Source: Cyanidioschyzon merolae (lineage: Eukaryota). From it: DNA of 64,000 bases. The stretch's first letter is position 1. Each line of letters begins with the position of its first letter. A model generated the notes under the pieces. The model did no database searches. It was given only the letters and a program-made list of their open reading frames with translations, and was not told the DNA's origin. The position numbers and the translations under genes were made by a program. The stretch lies in NCBI GenBank assembly GCA_000091205.1, contig AP006485.2, one strand, 5' to 3'. This document shows positions 44,804 to 55,439 of this stretch, piece by piece.

Positions 44804-46750
44804 TGATGGGAAATGCTTGCGATAATCTAGATATAAAGCCCATTGCGCCCAGGTTCGTTGCACCGACGGCGCGTGCGTTTGTTCGTGCTCGATTCTGTGC
44901 GCTAGGTTTCACCAACCGTTTCAGCATGATGTCCCTTGTATGGTGCAACTTGATTGAATTCGCACCACTTTGGACAGGTTCGGCCTCGGTGCGCACCTTG
45001 TTGCGCAGATGGGATGCTTGCTTCATGACGTCAGTGCTATGATCCCCTGTCGTGAGGTACAGATGCGCATGAAGCGATAGCGCCCTTTTGCGGGTGCACG
45101 GCTGGTGTGCCGGAATGTGCACTCATCTGGTCAGCGTAAATTTATCATGCGGCATGCTTGCACCCAAGTCGACGTATACACGGACGAGCACGACCTTGCG
45201 TCAGTTATTTTTGGGGTACGGAGTAGGGCGCTGCATGATCGTGTAGACGAACCGGGGGATTCCCGATTGCGCCATGGTTATCGGTATCCGCGAAAGCGTT
45301 CATCATTCTGCACGGGACCGCTGCGTTTCAGGAGCCAATGCCGATAACTTCTTTTCGGAATTAGGGTTTGTTCGTCCAATTTTCCTGGTGCCGAGCGCCT
45401 GCCGTGTGCGCCCACTAGGTTGCCACTAGCGTCGATATGGTTATCGCATGGCAACGGAGCGGCTTTTCCATACCATGATTGAAGAAAGCTCGAGGCATCA
45501 GCCTGCGTGTACACGCCCGCGGGCTCGCGGAACGCGTCTCTCACGGACGACTCGGATATGCACTGGCACCGGAGCTGCTGTATTTGCAGCTGCATACCAA
45601 ATCGATGCTCCTTCGCCTACGAGCTGGTGCGTCACATAAAAAGCAAACGAAATTCCTAGGTACCGTCATATCTTCGGGACGGCACAGCGTTGCAGGTTGG
45701 TCGAGCAGTCGCCCAAACTTTGGTTTGAGGCGACGCGGGTCGACGGACAACATAATGGTAACGCCCGACATGCGGCGGTTCCTGGAGGGTTTCGCCGTTT
45801 TCCTGGACGGCGTAACAGGGAGCACTCGTGATTCAAGCTGACACCGAGACAGCGGCCCCAGGCGGTCACTTTTAGACGTCCATGGTAAGTGCCATAAAAC
45901 AGTGCGAGGCTCTCACGCAGATCCGTGTCGATGATGCTACCAGATACGTTTGCTCATCAGCTTGGCCGCTCTTTCCGACGTTTCCGTGGCCGTATCCACC
46001 TATTCGATGTCCATTGGCAAGCACATTTGGTCATAGAGCACTCGCTAGCAAACAGCATAGCACAGCACTGCAGATCCTCGGCAGTTCCTGGTGCACCGCT
46101 CACACCGGTGACGCATCGCGAGTGCGCACCGCATCCTGTGCCTCGTGCTGAACTAGGTCCGTTTGATCGCATGGCATTCGCGAAAGACGCATGCAGATGG
46201 TGTGTATCGCGTTTGGCAGAGGGCTATGTTATTCAAACCAGTGAACCTGAAACAGTCTGTCATTGAGATGTTTATCGACAAACGCGTGGATGCGGCATCC
46301 TATCGTTCGCGGAGCGTCCTGTCATAGTGCCAGCGAAGAGTCGGAACTCTTACGCGAGCAGAGCTGCATTCGTTTTATTTTGCAAGCAGCCCCGGACCGT
46401 GCAGCTGCTTGCATTCTTCTGCAGATTTACATCCATCGAGGAGCGTCAAATCGTTCCGGCTGAAGCGCACAGAAACGTCGCGCGAAAGCATGTATCCGAG
46501 GATGTCGGGTGACTCCAACGGCGAACAACATCCCAGCCATTGCCGCCTACGATACGATTTGGGTAAGGCGCTTATGGAAACAGGTCGGGCCGATGCAGCC
46601 CATTTATGCACAGGCACTTGCTCTTCGTTGTATTGACCTATAGTGCAGTCCACTGCTATTGCAATGTTCATGTACACATGCTCTAGATTATCTACCGAGA
46701 TCATGCGGGTAGGCCGCAGCGTAGTCTCCAGAAAGCTCATGGAAACAGTT

Positions 46751-47875
46751 TCATGGATGAATAGTATCTTTGAATTCAAAGAACGAGTCATGCATGCGAA
46801 TGAAAGAGTACTCCTCGCATGACCCACAACACCAGTATAAATTAGGTTCTTTGTGAAAGATAGCGAACCCGGCGTGCATAAAACCTCGGAAAAACTCATC
46901 CAATTCTGGGATAGAGGCGAAACCCGCGTGCACTTCGATAAGGACTTGATTCACGTGCCGCAGCGCGTGCCAGGTTCTCAAGGCATATTGCTCTTCAGAG
47001 CTGAGTTCACGTTGGCTCCGTCCTTGGCGAAGGAGCTTGTCGGCTGCCCGGAACGCTCCCAAGAAAGAGGTGAACTCACCACCCTCGATATCGATCTTGA
47101 GCACCTCGACGACGTTTGGCAGCTCCAGGTGACCCAATCCAGACATGATCTCCGCCAGCGAATTGTTGCTCTCAGCCGGGCCAAGCGGCCGGCGAAAAAA
47201 ACGAACGCGTTCCAGAAAGCTCTCGGAGTGCATCGCAGATGGTGGCGATGATGTTGGGTCAAAGACGAAAAAATCGCAGTCCGGCAAGCGTTCATGAAGC
47301 TTCGTTTCGAAACTGAAATCGTCGTTGCTACCAAAACTGTAAACAATGCAGCGATACGGGAGCCTGAGCTGCTCACGAAACAGCCGTCCCCGGTTCAGGA
47401 TAGCAGGTGGGTCGCACACCCATTTGCCACCGTCTCCGTTGTTACCGATCCGTTCCTCTAAGGTACAGCCGATATCCGGTTCCCAGTTATTGTAGAAAAA
47501 AACCGACGGGTTTGGTTCGAGGGTAACGGTCTGGCGCTTTCGCTGACGTTGTGACCGAATCCTCCGTTGGGCCCAGAGCGCGTCCGACTCGCACCAGAAG
47601 CCGAGCGACTCTTTCAGTGCTCGCGTGTCCTTCGAAGTCACTGGTAGGGTCCGGTCCCAAATCTCCGTCAGGGTTTTCGCGTTGCGCAAAGAGCTCCCAC
47701 GACGAAGAGCCCTCGACACGGAGCGAACGCAGCTGTCATCCACGGCGGGAAGATCCGCGCGCTGGACACCACTAGAGCGTCCGTTGAGAACACTAGTAGC
47801 GCGGTATATTACGATAAGAGCATAAATAAGAAAAGTCAAAGCCCCTGAAGCGATGCACGGTTTTCGCCACGTCAT
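46751..47875 (-). CDS. FkbM-family (Methyltransf_21, METTL24-like) SAM-dependent methyltransferase, type II membrane topology; ORF opens at 48115, probable start is Met at 47875
   Basis: TM segment ALTFLIYALIVIY. Motif I-like CIVYSFGSNDDFSFE, and the family hallmark VLKIDIEGGEF. Confidence 0.65.
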   Translation of the reverse strand: MTWRKPCIASGALTFLIYALIVIYRATSVLNGRSSGVQRADLPAVDDSCVRSVSRALRRGSSLRNAKTLTEIWDRTLPVTSKDTRALKESLGFWCESDALWAQRRIRSQRQRKRQTVTLEPNPSVFFYNNWEPDIGCTLEERIGNNGDGGKWVCDPPAILNRGRLFREQLRLPYRCIVYSFGSNDDFSFETKLHERLPDCDFFVFDPTSSPPSAMHSESFLERVRFFRRPLGPAESNNSLAEIMSGLGHLELPNVVEVLKIDIEGGEFTSFLGAFRAADKLLRQGRSQRELSSEEQYALRTWHALRHVNQVLIEVHAGFASIPELDEFFRGFMHAGFAIFHKEPNLYWCCGSCEEYSFIRMHDSFFEFKDTIHP

Positions 47876-48024
47876 GCCGGCCACTGAAAACAAACGTCTT
47901 TCAAAAGAAAAACGTTGCCGCCAACGGTGTACAGTAGTGACGGGAAACGCGCCGTAAGCAAATCGTCTCCAGCTGAGGTGCAGACGCATCCCAGTCTTTT
48001 TCGACCGTCCACCTACTACGTCTT

Positions 48025-50149
48025 TCATTTTCTTCTCATATAATTCCACTTTGAGAGGTCGCCCCACAGGTTCTCTCGTGTCGAATCTGGAGGTCTTTTC
48101 TCCAGCACCGCACATCTCCTGATATTGATAGCGACATTAAAGTCTCGGTTCACAAACTCCATGCGTTTCTTGCCATCTTTGGTTGTACTTACTAATACAA
48201 GTAGCCCACGAACGTTCGCCCTCCTTTCCATTTGCTCCTCCGTCAGCGGTCCGTACTTTGCTATTTCGTCGGGGCTCCTCTGGCACTTTTCCATCTCGAT
48301 CCTTTGAAGTGTACAACACAGTTCATGGTGTGTATACGATGTTCGGAACTCATCTACAGGTATTGTAACTAACCGGTCTGCACACCCCTTGTACGTTCTT
48401 GTCGTTGGAGCTGGTGTACACTCTTTTTCAGACGCCTAGCGCCCTGCTCCGTATGCTACTACCAGCCTTTGACTTTCATCCTCTTTGAAGGCACTCAGCT
48501 GATTGAAAAAGTTCGCGAACGCACACTGCTTGCCAACGTATAGATTCATACGCAATCGAGACCACCGGGGCTTTGTATACTCTTTCCACAGTGCCTCCCA
48601 ATGACCAACGCGAACTTTCATGAACTCCCGAAAAGCTTGAAAGTCGGCTCCGCGGCTCGTCACCTCGCCCAAAGCTTCCAGGTGCTCTTTCATTCCTGCA
48701 TTCCATGTCTCGATTTCCTTCCACGCATTCTTTATACCGGATTCTCGATAGTATCTCGCTCTCGAGAACCTCAAAAGACGCATGTCTTTCTGAATGAAGT
48801 TGCCGTCTGGACCATCTTCCGCACGCCTGGGTACAGCGATGGCTGTGACATTCGTATTCCCAGGGTCCGCGCCCACGACAAAGTCGTTATACTTCCTTTT
48901 CTGTGTGGCACAATCCGCCTCCTTCTCATCTTCATACCTCGTCACGTCAACGACAACGTCGTCATCCTGCACTTCCTGTGTCGCAGGATCCGTCTCTTTG
49001 TTTTCTTCATGCTTCGTCATGGGCGAAGCCGAAGGCTCGATAGGACGATACGCCCTCAAGCGCTTGCAGTCTACACAAATGGATACTCCATCGGTTTCGA
49101 TCATCCCCGTGAATACCCTCTGCTTGCTAATTTTGAGACGTTTGAAACTGAAGATATTCTTCCAGTACGTCTCCCGGTTTTCACCGGAGAATTCCTCCCT
49201 GCTGGCATTGAACTCGGGACTGATCTACTTCATGATGCCGTAGACGACTCTGGAGCCGATATAAACAAAATGGGGCTGTATGTTCCATAACGGGATGACG
49301 TAGAAGCGCTTCACCATTAGGAAAGCCCTCGGTCTCTCGCGCTCTTCATTTTTTCCTCACTCAGCTTCATCTCCGTCTTGCGTTCGAGTTTTCGGTCCAG
49401 AAACACGAAATACCGCAGAATGAGGCGATAGTGTCTTTCCATATCTTTTTTCAACTCTGGTACCTTTTCTGCTGGATTCGCCAGCCCAAAAACTGCATGG
49501 TGCTCTTGTATTGCCGCACGGATTACAGAAGCTTCATTCGTGCTCCTGCGTGGCGCCTTCTTGTCACCAAATTCGACCTCATCTTCATGCTTACGATCAT
49601 TCGTGATGCCTTGAAAATCGCACATTTTCCATCGCGAGATAGACCCGGGTAGAGTGCAAACACGGCGCGTATCATGAAACGTTCGAGGTTCACTGTCAAA
49701 TGGTGTTTCAGGTCCGTGATTTACTTCATCGCCCCGTATATGTAGATATTTCCGTCACCGCTGTATCGATTACCCTCGAAGGGGAATTCCACGAAGATTT
49801 CGTGGAGAGCATGCACTAGCTCATTTTCCCTCCGCATACCCCCTGTACCAAGCATCAGTTGACGAATAAACGTCTTGTCGAAAAACTCGTCCGAAACCTC
49901 GACTCTTTCCATGTGCGTCACATCGCGATGCATCGCCCTCACCAAATGCATTAGCCCTGACGATGCGTTTATAATACTTTTGGAGTACGAATCGACACAT
50001 GGTCTCTGATAGCGTCTCGCAAATTTTGCTTGTACTGATCCTTGGTATGTCAAAGAAGACCAGCTTTCACCACCATCTCGTCGCACAGGTGTCTTTTTCG
50101 CCGCCTTCGACGTTGGACCTCCCCTTTCGGTCCTTTTTCTTCTCTTCAT
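48025..50149 (-). pseudogene. Fanzor/TnpB-like (OrfB_IS605 family) RuvC nuclease gene in four ORF pieces (50149-49721, 49625-49317, 49104-48436, 48294-48025), with an in-frame TAG at 48436-48438
   Basis: N-terminal NLS MKRRKRTERGGPTSKAAKKTPVRR. RuvC-I reads [20 protein letters not shown] (Asp at about 48865-48867). [19 protein letters not shown] and DRLVTIPVDEFRTSYTHH are colinear with ISDra2 TnpB (PKYYRST, QDFLHKLTTSLV, GRLVSKVSPYFPSSQLC). RuvC-III reads EFVNRDFNVAINIRRCAVL (Asp at about 48142-48144), against DRDENAALNIRREAL in ISDra2. The Zn-finger cysteines are degenerate. Local GC is about 50%, against about 60% for flanking genes. Confidence 0.6.
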
Positions 50150-53100
50150 TTTCTTCTGGACTCGGTACTGTTTTTTATTTTTTTCTGGCAGCCTGCGACA
50201 CTGGGCCTCCAGGATTATGTACTTGCTTTTTCATAACTTTGCTTTTTTAGTTTTTTTAAGAAGAAAGCCCTTTGAACGCTTCTGGTACACACTGCGAAAA
50301 AATTTGAGTAGACTTGTTTGAAGTTTGAAACACAAATGCAACCGAAAAACTGTACTTGGCTATGAACTCAACGAAAATACAACTTTTACATCAGAGCGAC
50401 ACGCTAGAGATCAAGATCACGTTTCCAGTCATCGTCGGCGATATGCGTCATGTCTCAAGCCTGTCTGATCTCCCAGCTGCGCTCGCTGTGCGCGATGCGT
50501 GCACCGCGCGAGACGCCTCACCGATCGATGAAGGACACGTGTCCGACACCCCGCCGTGGCACATGCGTGTTCGCATCGCACTGCAGCTGAAATAAAGTCT
50601 CGTAGATCGGAAACTCACGTGGAACGATCTCTTGCTATAGGCTATGTCGCTGATGCACATCGCAGTACGGACCTGACATACAAGGAGATGCAGGGGCCTG
50701 GCACGATTGCCCGCGATGCTTCTATCAAAGGCGTAGTCACTGTAGCACCTTACGCTTGTGCGAGTGAGGTATGCATCACCCTACTGAATAGGAGTTTCGT
50801 TCGTTTTATTGATCGTGAAAAAACTGTGTGCCGTAGTCTTCCCGACTACGGATATACGTTTATTCCCGTTTCTTGCAGTCCATTCCGCTCAGACGCTGGA
50901 ATGAGAAACTGGTTTGAATTGTGTTTCTATCCGGCGCCAGGCCAGCAAGTGTCGAGCAACCCACCGCAAATTCGTTCTGATCGATGGAATGTGCTTACGG
51001 CTCAATGATCCGAGAATTCACGACGAGTACCGACACCCGGGAAATCTGCCGCCATTGCGCACCAGCTCTGCGATTTCCACCAGTCACATCGCGTGCCTCA
51101 TCTCCGACATTCTGCTTTTCCGACGTTCCATTGTGCCCTGCGACTGCCGTGAGCGTTCGAAACAGCGCCCAAACCGCTGGATCGGGCGTAGCACAGAGAC
51201 CGACAGACATACCCCCTACTGGATTGGAGCCGGGAGCCATCGCTCACACGTAGCACTGCTCATTGCCGATCTCATCTGAATACTCCGTGACCACATTATA
51301 GTGATGGAAAGCGGCAACGTCTAAGGCCAGTGAAGAAGAACGTGCAACGAATAGGTCGCAAAACGTGATTCCCCGCAGCATGCGATGTTGGACGATTAGA
51401 CAATTCTCGGCGATGTATAAGTGACTACATAACCGAGTCGTAGCCAGGGCTAATAGTACCGACAGCCCCGCTGCTTTTTTTCTATGAACAGCAGTTTGCC
51501 CCCGTTTTGAATTATCCATATACAAATCTACCAAGTCTACCGAATAAAGTCTCATAAATTGAGACGGCAAAATGCCCCTGGTGGAAGAAACTTTCTCGTT
51601 GCAGTGCGAAATCGATCGTGCGCTGTTCAAGGTGCTGCAGCTACAAGTAGTAGCCTGCCATCTTCTTCGTTCACTCGTGTCGCTTCACCGCAATTTGTAT
51701 CAACCGTTCGAAAACCTCTCATCCAGCGGCTTCTTTGGAGGTACGTCATGGATATCATCCGGGCTGAAATACATGAAAGACGGGACGCTCATGTAGAGAG
51801 CTTTTGAAACTTGCTGTGGTCGGTGCAAGTCGTTCAAGGAACGGACTACGAGAGGGGTACCTCATACGTCTGCTGTCCGCACTATGTCTGGTCTGGACAA
51901 GTAAAGGCGTTTTGCTCCGAAGCCAGCCAGCCAGCCAGCCAGCATAAAGTCATCTCGCGACCTTTCACCGATCTACAATGTACAATCCACGTTTTGAATA
52001 CCTGTGCGAAAAACAAACAATTACACGTTTAGCGTGTTGATACATGTTCTTGCAAGTGCGCTGCTCTGAGTAAAAAGTCTCGTGATCGGTAGGAAGCATT
52101 CAAGATTTTTAACTTCTGAACCGCAACCTCGTGAGAAATTGCCGAGGCGCGGGTACGGCACCCTCCACTAGCGGGAATACGGTCTGTCTGGGAACCTCGT
52201 TCCTCTCTGGTACCGCAGGTGTGCAGTAGTGCATCCCGGATGCGTCCTGATCCTTCGCCCAAAAGACCTGCCGAGTGTGGCACTGCCGATCGCGAGTCTA
52301 AAACTGCTGTCGCTAAGAGCGATACGCAGGGTTCGCTCAGCAAGCACTGGTTGCCCCAGCAAGCGCTTGGGCTGGTATGCACGCCGCTGCAGTGACCCCA
52401 CGTTTGTCTCTTGGTGCTTTTCGTCATGGCTTTTATTCCGAATGATTGAGCATTCACTCAATACCCCAGAGAAAGACCGGGCGGATGGAGGATGATCGTG
52501 ATTGGCTCACGTCCTCCTCGCACGCATTGCTTCTTCGACAGACTCCCCTGACGCGAAATCTAGTCCATGGTCAGGAATCCCGTCTTGCTTGGCTGGTTGT
52601 ATTGATGACGCATCATGCGCATTGCGTGAACGCTTTCAGCTTGCGCTCACAAAGCCGACGGTCTGTAGCCAAATGATGAGGAGGCAGAATCGAGAACGGA
52701 ATACGCTGTCATTTTGGAGCGTCGCACGGAACGCATGCTCTCTATGAAGACCGCGATACTACGCAGGTATCTCGCTAATGATAGGTCGCGTACGAGGCGC
52801 TTGTGCATAGCTGCAACCTGTTACGTGTGCGGAAAGCTGAATGAATGCATCCAAGTGCCGTCTCTGGTTGCGTTTTTGAAAAGAGGGTCCAAACAAAGCC
52901 CCTGTTGTGTGGTCCCGCCCCGATGACTTTGCAAGCCATGCTGTCGGTAGATTCCCTTCGAAAAGAGCTCAACAGCTCGAGCACGATGCTTACGTATGTC
53001 CAGTGATTCAGAGGCGCCTTGCCAGCTGCTAGGAGCAATGCCGGTTGGATCCATGACACACGTCTCGCAGATGCGTCGAGAATGTTGAATGCCCGCAGGG

Positions 53101-53307
53101 CCCCGAGTCGAGCGATCAGGGAAGCGCATGCTCGAGGAGCCACACACGCGCCTGACGACCCGCTGATACTCTAGCATATAGACACACAGATCTCAAGACA
53201 CACAAATAAAGAGCCGCAGATATGCGATACACTCACAAGCCAGCGACCTGCACCGCACAGATCTGGCTTCGTGTGTGAAGAGCGCCTCGCCTGTTCATCT
53301 CCGGGGT

Positions 53308-54953
53308 TCACGATGACGTGGAAAATTCAAAGTCTTCGAGATCCGCATCAGCTGCGACGTTCTCAACCGCAGCACCAGGAGAGAGCGGCAAAGCAAATGC
53401 TTGCCTTTCTCTCCGAGTTTTATGCTTCCAGACATGGAACACGACTTCATCGTCAACATCAGCGACCGATAGCGGGGCAGCGTCGGTAGCAGGATTCTCA
53501 TCCATCACAACTTCTTCTGCGCTCGGTGAAGGCTCGCAGACATCAAGATCAAAAGCGTTATCCCAGTTTGAAACGATCTGGGCTCCAAGCTGCTGCGACG
53601 AAGGCAGTCCAACGTGCTTCGGCCACGTATAGTATGGGATTCTGCCAGTTGCCCAATCTTGCACCAGGACTCGAGCTGCTGCTTCGAGATCAAGAACTCC
53701 CGCTTTGCGTAACAACCCACGCCTTTTTGCAAGCAGTGCCAAGAACTGCGTGGCAAAAGATTCCTCTCGAGTAGCTTCGTTTGCAGCAACCATATCGCAC
53801 ATCGAAAATGCAGGCATTTCGTAGAGTAGAGAGAGCGCTCCATCCGCGTTATACTGACATCGTTCGAGTACCAGGCGAGCCGCAGCCACCGGATCGCTGA
53901 GCTCCTCAACAGCGAGAAATCCAGCGAGCGCCATTCGACTTTCGTCTCGAGAGCCAGATGTCGCATTGGCAACTGGCTCGGGTGAGCCCGCGGCTTTCGT
54001 CTGCTCCACCTCCACCACGGGTGCTGGATCGATTTCCTGCACATCGTCCAGCACAACACCAGGCGAGTCCAGCAACCGGATGTTGCTATCAAGCCGAACC
54101 TCCTGCAGTGTTTTGGTGATACCCGGACGGGCGCCAGTCGCCACAGCACCTTGTTCACGGCAGAGGGCGTTCAGTAGACTTGACTTGCCCACATTCGGTT
54201 TGCCGACGATGCCTACAGTGATGGTGCTGCTGGATGATTGCTTGTCCGCACGCCGTTTCGCATAGAGCTTGAGCAGCTGCACCAGCTGCGAGAGCTGTTT
54301 TGGTTGTACTGCGCTACCTGGCTGCCGCGGGCCCCGGTGCTGACCAGTCTGATCGAGGCCTTCATGCATCGCCAATGTCGGGTACTCGGCCCGAAGTCGA
54401 CACAGCCAGGCCTGGAGAGCTTCACGTGGAACCAGGTCCGCTTTGCTGAGCACCAATATCAGCCGTTTCCCGCCAGCAGCTCGCGCACCCTCGTGACGTA
54501 CCAGCAGCTCGAGCGCTGAAGATCGGCTCTCCAGCGGGTTCCGGGCGTCGAGCACCTCGACAACGACATCCGAAAACTCCACGACACGACGAAGCGCTGC
54601 AGCAAAAGACCGCCTCGAGCGCGCAACTTCGCGGAACACCGGAGTCTTCTCGAGTGCATTCGCACCGGATAACGCAGGAGCGGACACGGGCGACTCGCCC
54701 AAGGAGCCCGCTTCTGCCGTCACCGTCGATCGCAGGGCCAGTCGTCGCGCTGCCTGCTCCAGCAACTGCTCCTTTTAGGGTTGAGGTTCGGTACACCGAG
54801 CTCGCGCTGGGCCTTGCGCTGCCCTTTAATCATACCTTCTTGTCGTTGCTTGCGAACCAGGCGCCGCATTCGTCGATTGTGCTCCGCCACTTTCCGCTGC
54901 ACTTTGTACTTGTGCTTTAGCGTTTCTCGTTTGCTATGGCGATGTGGTGCCAT
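53308..54953 (-). CDS. GNL3/nucleostemin (Nug1)-like circularly permuted nucleolar GTPase; the N-terminal basic exon (54953-~54776) is out of frame with the GTPase body because of an A4 homopolymer
   Basis: The N-terminus KHKYKVQRKVAEHNRRMRRLVRKQRQEGMIKGQRKAQRELGVPNLNP matches human GNL3 ([40 protein letters not shown]). The body runs in G4-G1-G3 order: VVEVLDARNPL...LILVLSKADLVPRE...GIVGKPNVGKSSLLNAL...LLDSPGVV. Confidence 0.75.
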
Positions 54954-55439
54954 ATCGCCGTCTTCTCAGAGCACGATTCGAGATTCCAGACGCACCTCTT
55001 TGGAAAAAGACCAATGCTGTACCGAGTCGGTGAAAATGCAAGCAACCGAGAAGCGCTGATAAAGGGATCGCAGCTGAGCAGTCCGCGACGCGAGGCCTAT
55101 CGTACATATGTGTCCATAAAAATACGTAAATGTACCTGTTATAACGAGTCCACACACCACCAATCGTGCGAGGGCGGATGCGCATTGCGTCATCCGCAAT
55201 GGCAACAGCGTTTGGCAAGCTGTCCCTTATATTCATTAAAATACATAAAGATACAGATAGGAACCACAGCGTCCAGGTTCATTTGTGGGAGCGCCCAGGG
55301 CGAAGCTCGCTTGACTCGAACTACGTTCTTCATACACTCCAGCATCGTACCAACTTGGCGGTGAAGGTGTATCCAGTACGCCCCGGTCCCTGCATCGGGC
55401 GAGCACTTTGATCCAGGATTTTTCAGCTCAAAGCCCTCG

